A stretch of DNA of 64,000 nt, taken from positions 13,257-77,256 of the forward strand of contig NIVC01003777.1 of NCBI GenBank assembly GCA_002269645.1, in the 5' to 3' direction. The stretch is from Macrostomum lignano. Its lineage: Eukaryota. Of the stretch, positions 51,400 through 64,000 are shown piece by piece. Below the pieces are notes generated by a model. It had not been told where the DNA came from. It searched no databases and was given only the letters and a program-made list of their open reading frames with translations. Each line of letters opens with the position of its first letter. Within the stretch, counting starts at the first letter, position 1. Made by a program: the position numbers and the translations under genes.

Positions 51400-52861
51400 T
51401 TACTCAAATTTGCAACCATTGAATGAACAGTTGTGGAAACTGTACCTGACCGACGGATTGTCATGACTGATGCCGGTGATCTGCACGGAAGACGACACAG
51501 GTACTGGCACCGGTGAACTCTCACGCAATGGAGTCGCAACAGCTTGTGAAGAACCATTCAAATCAAGTGCCATAGAAACAGCCTCACTGGTAGACTGCAG
51601 CGAGCGATCACGGCGCTTGGACAGGTAACGGCGAGTTGTCCTCTCAGAAACCTGACCGGTTATCGACATGATGTCAGCCAGGTTGTACCCAGCAGCCTCT
51701 AGATCAGCAATCCTGCTCACTCTACAACAGAAATAAAGTATTGCATAGAAAATATGCAACTGGTTTAAAGCAATATGAAGAAAAAGGCTTACCGAATGCA
51801 ATGATTCGTGTACATCTTGGACAAACCGGCCTTCTCGCTCAAGTTTCGCATGAAACGCAGGAAGTAGTTCTCCCGCGATTCTGCTTTGTTGAGAACATAG
51901 GCTGTCCATTGGAATCCGTGTTGGATAGTGGACGCGGGAACAGATGGTTGTCCTTGGTTGTTGGAGGTAGCAGTTGTACATGTAGATATCTCCTCACTTT
52001 GGCCGTGTCGTAGATCCGAGCTTGTTTGTTGTCCGGCCTGGCCTTCGCCTTCACAGGATCGGCTGACTTATTCTTCGTTGGCAGAGCAGGAAGACAGTAG
52101 TACTCCTTGCCGTCAGAATCCGTGTGCAATTCAAGCGAGTCCCTTTGTCTCAGGAACTTCAGATGCTCCTGGCCACGCTCTCCAAAGGAGTAAAGAACAT
52201 AGAACAGAAATTTAGCCTGCTCGATTTCAGCCGTAGTCCCTTCAAAGTAGCACCGCAACTTCTGCATGTCGCCTTCTTCAATTGGTTCATACTGCCTGGT
52301 GCAGCCACCATCTCGATGGAAATCACGAACCTTGACACGCAGCATCTCGTTGCAGGAATTGAATTCCTCACCACCGATTATATCGACAGGCAGCTTCAGA
52401 ACCATGCGTAGGAAACGCTGAATTCCAGCCCGGATACAGATGAGAGAGGCCGGCGAGTAGAACGAGCCATCCTGTTTCTTCAGCTTGAAGTAGAAGTACC
52501 GAAGATATTGGTTCAATGTAGGATTGTTGACATGCTGAATGTTGCGCAGATTCTCCCCTTCCAGGAAGTCTCGAAAACGTTGGCCATGCTGGTACATCTG
52601 CTTCCGAGTATCCTCAGGCAGACTCTCGATCTCGATTCTGTCCATCTCGGAAACGTCTATCTTTTCATCTCCATCGATCATTGGCAGCCCAGTATCAGCT
52701 GGACCATTTTGGACATACTTCAGGAACGCATCGAAATCTTCGTCGTGCCGATCAACGGCAGAGGATTCCGAGAGGAAGTTCAGTTCATCCTGCGTGATGT
52801 TGCCGAGGTCCTCACACGGGAGGTTACCCCAATTAATATAATGTATTATCGGGTCGCTCAT
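51400..52861 (-). mobile_element. Crypton-type (DUF3504-like) tyrosine recombinase gene, exons 52861-51793 and 51721-51400, one frameshift at about 51870
   Basis: LNQYLRYFYFKLKKQDGSFYSPASLICIRAGIQRFL, YEPIEEGDMQKL, FGERGQE (R), then in the shifted frame GENYFLRFMRNLSEKAGLSKMYTNHCI(CG|A) (HxxR) across a 71-bp GT-AG intron, then LEAAGYNLADIMSITGQVSERTTRRY (catalytic Y). Confidence 0.88.
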
Positions 52862-53793
52862 GATGGACAGAAAACTCTTGAATCAACAGGTTTGGACAGA
52901 CTACTTACTGCCTGGGAATCCCTCACACAAACCCCTTCACCCCCACTGAAAGTTTTGGTGGAAGACATTTCAACCCTCCATTCAATCAATAGGATTGTCA
53001 TTGCCATGAACTCTCCCCGCCTTTTGGCTTTCGTGCCATAGACGTTTGTGCCTCCTCCTTCTGGGCCACTTCGATTCGTGCCATAGATATTTCCTGCAAT
53101 CCTGCAATGTTGCTAGCCGCTCGTGGCTTTGGCCGTTGCCTGGAGTTCTCTCTTCCAGTTAACCCCCCATTGCCTCGGCTGGGCTTCGCTGGACTCGGCT
53201 CGGCTGGACCGCAGCAGCCTGGGCCCAGAAATACCGTGTTTCGAATTCAATTCTTTGTTATCCGACGTGAGCAGAAGTTGTAGGCAGGACGCAAAATGCT
53301 ACCTGTTACAAAAACTACTTCTCCATGTCCACTTTTGCAAGCCCCAATAAAGAAATTGACTACAAAAAGCGATAATTACTCCACAGACAGGTGCTAAGCT
53401 TAGAACTATATATAAAATGATCAAATTATATCATCAAGGTCTGCCAAATTGAGGCTACGAGCGTATTTACTCGTAGAAAAGCACTGGCTCGTCGCAAGAG
53501 AAACGGTGGCGATTGAGCTGATTAAGAGAGATTTAAGGATGGCATTCGTTTCCAGGAAACTACTAGAGTAATGAAGTAAAATGCATCCTGAGTAACTAAC
53601 TTACTCGCTGAAATTTCTGCGTTCTAGTTAAAAAATAAACCAATCAGAAGTTTTCTGACTGAAAAAAGTTGCTTCCTGACCGTTCATAAAAACCTTAGAA
53701 TTTCCTTCTAACCTGTTAAGACCCGGCGTATCTTAAAAGGTATTAACGTTTACCGAATTATTTGTTCATTAGAAGCAAAACAAATTAAGCCCA

Positions 53794-54546
53794 ATGCAGC
53801 TTTGTGTTTTTCTACTGCTGCTGTGGGTCCCTGCGGTGCTGTCCGAGTCCTGCAGCTCCGCCAGGCTGAAATTCCACCAAACCACCGGACTGGACTGCGT
53901 GAGCTCCGACTTCACCAGCATCGTGTCCGGTCTGTGCACTCCGCTCGAATGCAGCCTCGTCTGCGCTAGGAAGGACAAGTGTCAGGCCTTCTCAGTGCTG
54001 ACAGCTGGAGCCTGTCAGTGCAAGCTGTTCCTGTTCGATGCGTGCAGTCACCGTGTGCAGTCTGTGCCGAGCTGCACTCACCAGGTGACTGTGTATGTGA
54101 GGTCTCTGCCCGGCGTACCTCCGGGTCGCCTGTGTCCGTCCGGATACGAGCACACGAGATACGGCACATCGTACAAGGTGGTCACGTCGGTGACACTCAC
54201 CTGGAACAACGCCAACCTGACCTGCAGTGCGGATCCCGGACTGACCAAGTTCTCTGATGCGATCGACCTTGATGAGGCTCTGCACCTGAGGTCGCTGAAG
54301 CAGCTGATGGGCAGCTCGTCTGATTTTTTCCTTGGCGGATCTGGAACTTCGAATGCGCACTCTGACTGGTTCTGGGCCGCCTGCAACCTGCCCGTGAACG
54401 CCAGCGTATGGCACTCTGGAGAGCCGAACGGTCCTGCGTCATTGGAGTGCACAAATCTTTGGCATGGCCATTCAACTGGAGGCGTTGACGATGACTCCTG
54501 CAGCAGTGCTCGCAAGTACATCTGCGAGTGCCAGTCCGTGTTCTGA
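53794..54546 (+). CDS. Secreted PAN/apple + C-type lectin protein (EPN motif), intronless, 250 aa
   Basis: Paralog of 46231-47004; WHSGEPNG...ECTNLW...VDDDSC...YICEC. Confidence 0.88.
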   Translation: MQLCVFLLLLWVPAVLSESCSSARLKFHQTTGLDCVSSDFTSIVSGLCTPLECSLVCARKDKCQAFSVLTAGACQCKLFLFDACSHRVQSVPSCTHQVTVYVRSLPGVPPGRLCPSGYEHTRYGTSYKVVTSVTLTWNNANLTCSADPGLTKFSDAIDLDEALHLRSLKQLMGSSSDFFLGGSGTSNAHSDWFWAACNLPVNASVWHSGEPNGPASLECTNLWHGHSTGGVDDDSCSSARKYICECQSVF

Positions 54547-57500
54547 AGAGTCTAACATTGAAATTATGATCCAACAATGACGAAATCTTGCGTGTGTTAA
54601 AAACGGTTACAAAAAGTTTTTTTAATATCCTTACATTGCTATACGAAGTAGCTTATGATTTTCAACTTCATGAAACCTACATGTACCTGCTTGCGTTCAA
54701 AATTTATTTTCAGTTTTTCTCCAACCAAGTTTTTGAAAAGCAGCGAAAAAGCTTTATTTAGAAACTGCCTTAGCTTGTAATCCGTCTTTTTTCTTGATAA
54801 TAAACAAACTAAATATGTAACCACTGTATCTCAACTAATTGTACGGCAGAAGTAGACATATTTTTAGCCTAAAGTAACTTTCTGAATTTTCGACGAAAAT
54901 GTATTGCGTTGCCTTGGTTAGTCCTACCTTCATAGAACAATTACCCTTGCCTATTCTAGCTCTATGCAACGTTTGTCTTAACTTTTTAAATTCTCTTTCT
55001 TATAGCTACAGCCACTGCAGAGATGCTGCCTGCATAAAATGATATTAGATACTAGTAGAATCAATAATTACTCGCATACAAAAAGTTTATATTGCAAGAG
55101 AGAACTTATAATTCAAATACACTACGACCTGTCGAAGGAAACGAATTAATCGTTCTTCATTCTGCCCTCAGCTTGCAGTCACCCTAGCAACACGGGAACT
55201 CTAATGGTAGTGTGCTTTCACGGCAGAAATTCTGCTTGCTCTTCTATGTGGCTGGAAATTTCCTCTGGGAAAAACCCGGCTGCTGGAGAATGACATTGAA
55301 GAGACGTTCGCCACCTGTAGTAAAAGATAAAGTTAGGGAAAAGATAAAATGGAGGATTTGAATAGGCCGGTGAGGCTGCGTTTCTGCCTCAGTCTGACTT
55401 TCTGTCTTCATGGGGTTACTCCCAAAGTCTGTGGGAAGGCGACTTTTGTCCTCAGATGTCTCTGCAATCAAGTGGAGTGCTCAGGCCTGCCGACACAATG
55501 CGATGGTTTGCTCTGGCCTTCTAAAGTTTCCTAAAATTTAACATCTGCGCCCTTGAGTTCTCATATTCTCTCACTCTCAAGTCTGTTTCTCTTCAAATAT
55601 TTTTTTATTTTCATTTCTCGTTTAGGTAAATCTCTCTGCGATAACCGGAGTGCTGCAATGCCCAGGAATTTTCATTTTACATTATTGATTTATTTGCAAA
55701 CCTGCCTAGCGATTAGAAAGTCGGGGCCGCTTTACACCCTGTGTGCGTGCCTGTCTACAGTATTTGTGATTGTTCTCAGCCTCTCAGATCATTTCATGAC
55801 CTCTGAGGCTACTTTTAAGTTAAGGGAGTCGAAAATTTGCTGGCACGGTACATCATTGAATTGGATAATTCAGTTAGTTTAAAGTTTTTAAAAGGTTTCA
55901 AACTTGGTTAACTACTACTTGAAGTAGAAGAAGTAGAAGAAACTGGTTTTCGGACGATGTGTCTGAAGGCGTTGCAACAGGGTGCCTACAGTCCACTTGC
56001 AAGTATCATTAGTACTGCTATTATTATTACTACTACCATTAGTGTTACTAGTATTACTTTTAGTCTAAAATAATCGTTTTGTCTCTCGTTCAATATTTGA
56101 AGACTTGTCGATTTGTCAAGATATCCTTTCCACCAACATTTGTACCGGAAGCTTGCTTAAAAAGGTCAAAAAAACTTAACAGATCCTTCGTCGTGTATCT
56201 GACTTTGAGACAGACAGCAAGAAATACAGTAGGCAGCAGTGGAATTTCAGTTACTCTTAGCTACTCGTGTTTGGGCCTCAAGGTGTCGACCCACACCTAT
56301 CAGAGGCATAGAATAAAAATCAAAATTATATCTTTGACTCATAAATTTGCCACGATTATTCGAATCAGACGCTGGTGACATATCTATATGCTACTAATAG
56401 TATGAAAATCAAAATTGAACTTGACAAAAAAAGATATGGAAGCCTATATTTTAACCAAGGTAAGAGATTTTCCGAGGAAAATTAATTGCAACTGTTTTTA
56501 CTGCAGAATAACAACTCATTCAAGCCCAACACGTCAAGGGAGAAATTTTTTGCATAGAACAAAGGTTTTTGCTGTCTGTTTGCTTTGCTTTTTGTGCCAC
56601 ACCAAATATCGAGAGAGCCCCTCAAGGAGCCCCTCGAGAGGGCCGACCCTTGGAGTCGACGACTGCACCACACGGTACAGTCGAGACCGCTTTCCCGTCT
56701 GTCCAACAGGACATGCTGATAGACCTGCCATTAGACCACTGAGGTCATTATTTTCGGCTGGGGGCCACGTATTCCGGCTATTCGTGACACATGGCAAGCG
56801 AACTTTTGCCCGATACCTGACAGCCCAACCTGGCGGCTAGCCAGAGTCCGGAACTGCTAGTAGGTTTGCCGGAAGTCCGGCGGCTGCTGCTGTTAGAATT
56901 CTCGTCGAGATTGGCCGATGATGCATCGATTTGGTTCGGCTACTATTGCAAGACGCCACTCGGATGCCCCATCGCATATTCGCATTCAAGTACAACTCAC
57001 TGTACAGTACGGCACCCCTACTGACTGCAAGAACAGATCCATCAAGATCTCCAAGACAATCCTGCCTCAGTTTGATCTGCATGCATGAAAAGCAAAAAGC
57101 TGCTGCAAGCGCGGCGAATGTTTTGCATACGTTCATGTATTATATGCGCATGTATGGATAGCAATGCTCGACAAGTACAACTGCAAACTCATTCTTGGCC
57201 TACAGAAACTTCTTTCTACACCGAAAATTACACCGCAGGATAAGATTTAAGACTCTCTGTCGTGGTCGAGTTTAAAACCCGACTGCAGTCACTCAATGAT
57301 TTTTCCATTTTCTACACAATGGGTGGTTGTCTGAAATCTCAATTCCAGACGACATCATTGTCCAAATTGTCAGCTATGGGTTAGAAATCAAAGTGGGTGG
57401 GGACGGAAATGAAGGTGTGGGGGCGAAGCCCCCACATCTTAATATCTGCCACGTCTATGGTAAAAGCCAAGGGTTAGAAAAAATCAGTTAGTTCAGTTCC

Positions 57501-57659
57501 AGACAACGGCAGAACACACGAAATCATAGCGAATGATATGTCTATGGTCAAGATGACGGAGTTTTAAAGAGTCTCTGTTCATAGGGCGAGTAGAATCATT
57601 TTCATAGAGTCGCGATAGAATGGAAGGCATTCATTTTCCAATCAATCTGACAATCTGCC

Positions 57660-58170
57660 TATCGACGAATTAGGCAATCAATGTCGACTCGTTCGAACTG
57701 AACTTTATTTCTGAGACTTCAAACATCGAACCACGCAACGACGACTTTGCCGCGTTCCTTGACTATACATTCAAAGTGATCGTTCTAACGATGAACTGCC
57801 GTGCCTAGATGGCGAGCAACTTGATGTTAACGAGATGGATCGAGTAGAAATTGAAAGCCTACCTGCCGAAACGAGGAAGCAGATGTACATTCACGGTGAA
57901 CGCTTCCTTAATTTCCTAGCGAGTGAGAAACTACGAGACGTTTCAGAAGTGCCGGCCGAAACCCTCAATCAGTACTTCAGGTACTTCTAATTTAAATTGA
58001 AGCGGCAGGATGGAAAGTCATATTCCCTGCTCCTGGCTCGGATGCCACTGTCTCCATCCAATCGGGCCGCGCCTATGCTTTACCGGCTTCAATAGTCACG
58101 ACAACCCTGTGGCTAAGTTCAGTTTCAATGGATGCAGCTTTAATCAATGCAAGTTCAACTAAATTTTGTG
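57660..58170 (+). mobile_element. Internally deleted, degenerate Crypton recombinase relative
   Basis: Encodes DVNEMDRVEIESLPAETRKQMYIHGERF...TLNQYFRYF*FKLKRQDGKSYS and, shortly after, HDNPVAKFSFNGCSFNQCKFN*, matching both ends of the 51400-52861 protein. Confidence 0.82.
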
Positions 58171-58495
58171 AGACATTTGTGCGACGAATTAACTATAGCT
58201 AAAAGTGTGCTTTTGATTGTTATATGTTAAGTTTAAAATATACGCGTTAACTTAAAAAATTATACCACTTCTAAAAATTCCAAACAATGACCGGTCATTG
58301 TATGAATGTCATTGCCTTGAACTAAATTACCATAGACATTTTGAACATTGCTATTGTTTAACTGTGACTTGATAAAAGCTGTCGAAAGAATCACATATGC
58401 TGGTCTAGGGAGCGGAACAGAGAACCATCGACTTGACGCAAGCGTTAACGCGTAATTTTTAAGTTGCAACTCTAGATTCCTCTTTCCGCAACTAA

Positions 58496-60923
58496 TTAGT
58501 CCTCATTGATGCACTTCTGGCCATCTGTAACAAGTCCAATAGCGGCCAGTGCTATCACCAAAGACACGGTAATGCCAAAATAGAACGCAAACAGGCAGGT
58601 GTCAACGCCTGAAATTATGGTGCTCCATTGACAGCGCAGAGCGTTCTCGCAGGCGGTCTCAGACTCGTTGTCGGGCGACAAGCTCTGCCGGACTGAACCG
58701 TCGGCTTCCGGCTGCCGACGGCTCCGACGAGCGACGAACGAGTGAAAGAACAGCGTCCGGAGCAGACGTCCCGGGGGAGCGGCGCGGCAACACCGGCTGT
58801 GGCAGCTGAGAACGAAGGCGTTGCCCAAGACGACGGTCATTGTCATCACCACCGCCAGAGTGCAGTAGCAGGCTGGACCAGGAAATAGAAGAGAGTGGGC
58901 GAGTGCGTATGAGAAAAATTTGAAATCGAGTGGGTTAACGTCGAGAGGAAGTGGTACATACAAAGCCGTGGGTACAAGTAAAGGATGCCGGAGCTCGTGC
59001 TACATTGATAAGAAGAATAAACAACAAACTAGCTCGTACGAGGTCCGGCAAGTAAGTATGCAGTCATTCATTCACAAGGTCGTCTGGTATGCAGATAGAC
59101 TCGCATTAAAAAACAACTCAACAAAGAACGTGATAACCCAAGCCACTCTAAGTTTATAGCTAAATTTCTTTTGCGAATTTTAACTTGAGTAACTTTGCTG
59201 TTGTTACTCAAAAATCATTACAAATCATTTTCATCAACATAAACGTAAATCATAAACGAATAGATTTATATCGTTTTTTGTCGAGTGACACAACTCCTGT
59301 GCAATTAACTGCAGCAGATATCTGGATTTATGTCCACAGAACTCACTTAGCAGAGGGACGGATTCACTCTGCGTGGGCGTGTGCTCATTCACCATCTGCA
59401 GGAACACGCACATGGACAGCACGATGGTGATGCTGAATGACATCCGCTCGCCGCAGTCCGGTGGCAGTCGGAAGGTGACGGTGGAGATGGCGAGCAGCAG
59501 GAGGCTGGGCAGGATTAGGTTTATCACGTAGAAAATGGGCCGTCTCTGAAAAAAAATATTGGAACGTGATGTTGCCTAAAAATTTTGCAAGCCAATTAAA
59601 TTTTTTAGATACAGACGCAATATTCTTACCTTGAAAGTGATGGCAAACTGCAGAATATCAAAGTAGTAGTCCACAGTCTTCCTGATTGTCGCTCCTGTAA
59701 TGCAAAACTCGTCGTTGCGGGCCAGGTACTTCGTGATGGAGTCGTTCTCTAGGTAGGCTCCGATGTGCAAAGCCAGCACCTGCTTCGAATGAATGGCTGA
59801 CGAGATGGGCACTACGCAGCGCTGCTTGTCATAGGGAAACTCGAACATGCTCATTGGGCACTTGCTGGTAATCACGTACTGGGAGGTGTACATTACCGAT
59901 CCCTGAGAGCTAACGTGAGCCATTGCGTTGCTAAATGACACCCGCTGTATGAACAAGCTGCAAGTTTTGGTTGGACAGTGTAACGTTGCAAGCATCCCGA
60001 GGATTGCTTTTTTATTGCTCTTGAGTTTAGTAACGTCTATTAGAGCTTCCATTAACCATGCAGTTCAGACACACGATTTGCTTACTCTTAAAATGCTTCA
60101 GTAATGCCGCATCGTCAACTCGTTGAATCCGCAAGAAAAATGTTGTACAAAGTCCCAGTAATATTCTATAGAGGGCTTCTACTTACCAGTTAGAGGAATA
60201 TACAAAAGCAAAGTGGGTATCCACATTGCAGACTGTACACTCGTATAAACAACCAATGGACTCATTGATTTTTTTTTCATTTATATTAATTAATACACAA
60301 ACGAGTATCTACCTAGTAGAACAGAGCAGCTAGTGAGAATCAAAATGGTAACGAACACATCCCGGTCTCACAGATCGATGAAAGACACATCCGGTAGCCA
60401 CAGCAGCCTGGCCGGAAAGTAGACCGCCGTCTCGCTGTCCAAACTGTCGTTGAAGCGACCGTGCCAGGCAAGTCGGCGGTCTGTCCAGGACTGGAAAAAA
60501 GTTGATGACTTTTTACCTGTTGCTGATCCTGAAAAATCTGCAGAACATTAGAGAGTGATTCGCGGTCTCTAAATATGTCTTACCAGTGTAAGCCACAGGA
60601 GTAGACTGACCTCCTGAGATGCGGAATTCTGAACAGCAGAAATAATGAATAATTAATGAGTAAATGCGAGGAACATTACGTACATAAATCAAGTTCATTA
60701 GTTGATATCGTCCAAAACTCACGACAGCCACCAGACTATTAAAGTTGGTGTGCACCCGGACCAGATTAGCCGTCCCATTATCCGGTGGCGGTCTCACATC
60801 CGGGTTGTAGCCGTTGGCAGACTTTAACCGCAGTGCCGCGGCAATTCGTTCATCAGAGGAGACATCTGGCACCGTGGCGGTCGCGGTGGCAGCGCAGATC
60901 AAAATTAGGCCTAGTAGCAGCAT
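58496..60923 (-). CDS. Divergent nAChR-like Cys-loop channel subunit B, 6 exons: 60923-60723, 60628-60584, 60490-60372, 59957-59630, 59545-59347, 58872-58496 (422 aa, frame intact)
   Basis: YNPDVRP; NSASQEVSLLLWLTL; WTDRRLAW...LWLPDV; CPMSMFEFPYDKQRC; LPPDCGERMSFSITIVLSMCVFL; QWSTIISGVDTCLF. Total 1269 nt. Confidence 0.9.
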
Positions 60924-61881
60924 GTGAGATCAGTAGCCCTGGTCGCACGGAATTGCTTAGAACTTCAGCTGAAGTCTTGTGGGTCTAACTGCATCTACCA
61001 CTGGTCATGCAGGCCATCCTATATCCTTTTTAGTGGCAGTGCTTTCTGTTCGTCTATCCCTCAGAATCCACTCATCTCAGTCAGTTCCACATCCCTGGCC
61101 TCAGTGTTTACCCTTCTGCCCGGATCCGCTGGCCCGACCTTGCTTGGCAAAGCACTCTGTTTCATCAAATTTGGTCGTGCATGGCTCACTAAAGCTGCAT
61201 ATATGCATATCGTTATATAACATCACGTTTCTCCCTGGGCCACCCTTCCAATGTTCAGAATCGTACCTTTTCTGCACGTTAAATCGCCTGTCTCTGCAGA
61301 TAGGAGTATCTGCTTTTTATGTGCCAATTTCTCTTCTTTGTTTTTCTCCTTGCTAGCTCCCAGAGAGTCTAAACGCATTCTACTCATTCTCTCTGATTCA
61401 AGCCTTGTGGCCCGCTGTCAGAATCTTTTCATAATCCTATTCATATTTGAGCTTTCAGTCAATCGTTGATAGTTATTAACAAACAGAGATTCGCTGAGCA
61501 AACAAAATCTGTCCGCTTGCTCTGACACGAGCTTCATAGTCAGTTGGCTCAAAAACTTTCAATTAATAAAATCAGCATGACAGCTTTTTGCTGATCCCAA
61601 AAAGGCATCAAAGTCAGTGAGTAATGCTCCTTTTGCGTCAAAGGTGATATATATTTATAGGACTTTCCTATTGTAGTTTAATTTGCAACGAGTAGCACTA
61701 GTAGTAGTTTGTGCAGCTGTTAAAAATATAGTATTCATTACGGTTTTCTACTATAAATAAATATTCCTTCTTCGGATATACTCTTCCGACTATCTAAAGT
61801 CCATCTGTAACTCGAAGTTGTCTCTGTTAATCCAAAATACTTCGTGGTCGTGACTGCCCAGTTCTTCACAACTCTTCATCT

Positions 61882-63942
61882 TCAATAATTACTCGACATG
61901 TCGCAGTTGGTCCGCGAGTTCGTGATCTCCAGGATTAACAGCGTCAGCGTCAGCGCCAGCTTCAGGCTGAAGAAGACAGCGAAGAAGCAGCGGTCGGCGG
62001 CGAACAGCAATGGGGATCCATTCTTTGCGAGGGTCGTTGTCCCGGCAACGCGGAGTCTGCTCCGCCTGCGGTTGACTTGGCGTAGCTGGTCGCCTGGGCG
62101 AGACGACGTTCAACTCGCTCTCGTTGGATTCCTGCGAATGGGGTGCCAATTTTAACCGCAAATGGACACAGAAACTTATAGATCTGCCAAATCTGACACA
62201 GGCTTGGCAGTCTTAACAAAATCCAACCCAGCTCTCCGTCTCTCCCTTACTCTCACCGCGTTCCGGACAGCGGCGGTGGCGCTGTGGTTTCGAACCTGGT
62301 AACACTTTCTGCACTGCAGCCGGGCACATGCGAACATATTGAGAAACAGAAGTCGCATTAGCCGGCTTGGGACTTTGGTATGCTCATTCTCGGACGAATG
62401 CTCAAAGTAGCAGCTCAGTACGAAAATGTTGGCAATCAAGTGAAGCATTGTCAGAAACACCGCGAGGCTGAAGTACCAGGCTGGAAATTGGAGGAGGACA
62501 AATAGGTCATGAGTCTCAATATTCCAGCCTGTAGTTCACTCTCAGTGTTGGATTGAAATTAGCTCGAAACTCACTGAGCAAAGGCACAGATTCCCCCTGT
62601 GGAGGCATATAGTTGCTGCTGAGCTGCAGGAACACGCACATAGACAGCACGATGGTGATGCTCAATGATATTCGCTCTCCGCACTCGGGCGGCAGGCAGA
62701 AGACCAGGGTAGAGATGTAGAGCAGCACGAGACTCGGAATGATCAGGTTCATGAAGTAGAATAGTGCTTTACGCTGAAAGTGTCAAAGGTGAAACTGGCT
62801 CTGCGAAAAAACGGGACTATGACAGGGGAGTCCACAAAAAGTGTGTGATCCCCGTTCCAACTCAACCAAATTCTGAGAAGTTTCTACCTTTATTTCCACC
62901 TGCAGCTGAACAATATCGTAGTTCCACTTATCGATAGAATTTGAAACGCTGACGTTCATCACGCAGAAGTCGTGGTTCTTGAAGAGGGAAGGCGTGATTC
63001 CAGGTGGTCCAGGCTCGATGCGCAGTGGTTTTTCTCGTGTGCACCACCGAAGATACGCGCTGGTGGCAGATCTGCGTGTCGTGTAGGGAAAGTTGGCCAT
63101 ATTCATTTCGCACTTGGACCAGGAGAGCAGCTCAACAAGGAACAGCACCGAGCCGTCGCTGCTTAAAGTCAGGAAAACTTTATCGCTGGAGGTGCGCCGG
63201 AAGTGCAGGCTGAAAGGTTACATGAGTACCATTAGATGAATGTCACCGTTAGTCCATTATCTTGAAGTTTCTCTAAGAGAACAATCGGGGTGCCATTGGG
63301 AGACTTAGCAAAGCGGTATGGCTGCAATTGCATAGGAATGATCAAGCCCAAGGAAAAAGTGTCGCACTTACAGGTTGCCGAAGGCCACATCCGGTTGCCA
63401 GAGCAGACTGGCTGGCACAAAAATGGAGCTCACGTTATCGAAGGTAGAGTTGAATTTTCCTTTCCAGGCCAGGCGGCTGTCCCGCCAGTACTGTAGTGAA
63501 AGTGCAAATTAAATGAATCGATAGCTCACTGCTGCACCGTGAGTCTGATGTAATAAACTCGATGCGTCAATGTCTGCGGCAGCAATGAACTTACGAGTCA
63601 CGTACCAAATTGAACCAGGTTTGCAGCACGATCTCCTGCGTTGCCGAGTCCTTCATTTTTTGGTTAGAAATGATTTAATGCTCACGATCTGCTCCAAAAT
63701 TCAACATTGTTCTCACAAAAAATCGACAAAGCCGAAGTACTCACCACATGAGCCAGGCTTTTCAAGTTGAACAAGACGGTCACAAGTTGGCTGAGCCGTT
63801 GTCGGTGGCGGCGGACGTCTTTGTTGTAGTCGGAATTTAAATTCAGCGCCGTTTTCAGGGCCTCATCCGGGGACACTGAGGCAGCCGCCGCGGCACGGCA
63901 GAGCAAGAAAACTATGAAGCTTGATAGCGGAGACTGCGGCAT
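61882..63942 (-). CDS. Divergent nAChR-like Cys-loop channel subunit C, 7 exons: 63942-63745, 63650-63606, 63490-63372, 63209-62888, 62773-62575, 62480-62296, 62131-61882; carries frameshifts (pseudogene or sequence errors)
   Basis: DSATQEIVLQTWFNL; YWRDSRLAW...LWQPDV; CEMNMANFPY/DTQIC in two frames; LPPECGERISLSITIVLSMCVFL; EWIPIAV/AADRCFF in two frames. Confidence 0.82.
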
Positions 63943-64000
63943 GCTAATGAGCTGGAGTCTGGACGCGGCTCAGACAGGTGGTTTGGGCTCATTATTTATC

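Noticed and set aside
52508-53041. 177-aa plus-strand ORF, and similar antisense ORFs over gypsy pol, the lectins and VWDE
   Set aside because: Antisense shadows of GC3-biased coding sequence with no recognisable motifs.
56415-57161. Overlapping short ORFs, one with a signal-peptide-like start (57136-56837)
   Set aside because: No recognisable domain and no consistent splice model.

Overview
Repeat-rich animal (metazoan) genomic DNA with GC-rich spliced exons, GT-AG introns and minisatellite-filled introns. This style resembles the flatworm Macrostomum, which is an inference. Genes rebuilt by hand from splice sites: CDC42 (3 exons), mitochondrial dicarboxylate carrier SLC25A10 (2 exons), a WW-less PCIF1/CAPAM-type m6A(m) methyltransferase (3 exons), a CD225/dispanin membrane protein, a ~1085-aa VWDE-like surface protein and a 95-aa secreted six-Cys peptide. 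The right half holds three paralogous, strongly divergent cation-type Cys-loop (nAChR-like) subunits that have lost the acetylcholine aromatic cage. They are interleaved with PAN/apple + C-type lectin genes (one QPD, one EPN, one pseudogene). Mobile DNA includes an intronic Ty3/gypsy element with a collapsed 5' LTR, an intron-containing Crypton-type tyrosine recombinase plus an internally deleted relative, a Merlin (IS1595-like) relic, several TIR elements with identifiable TSDs, and tRNA-headed CORE-like SINEs. The best candidate for a new system is the receptor/lectin cluster at 33.9-63.9 kb, a possible chemosensory or immune-sensing locus. All coordinates were derived by eye and no database searches were run.
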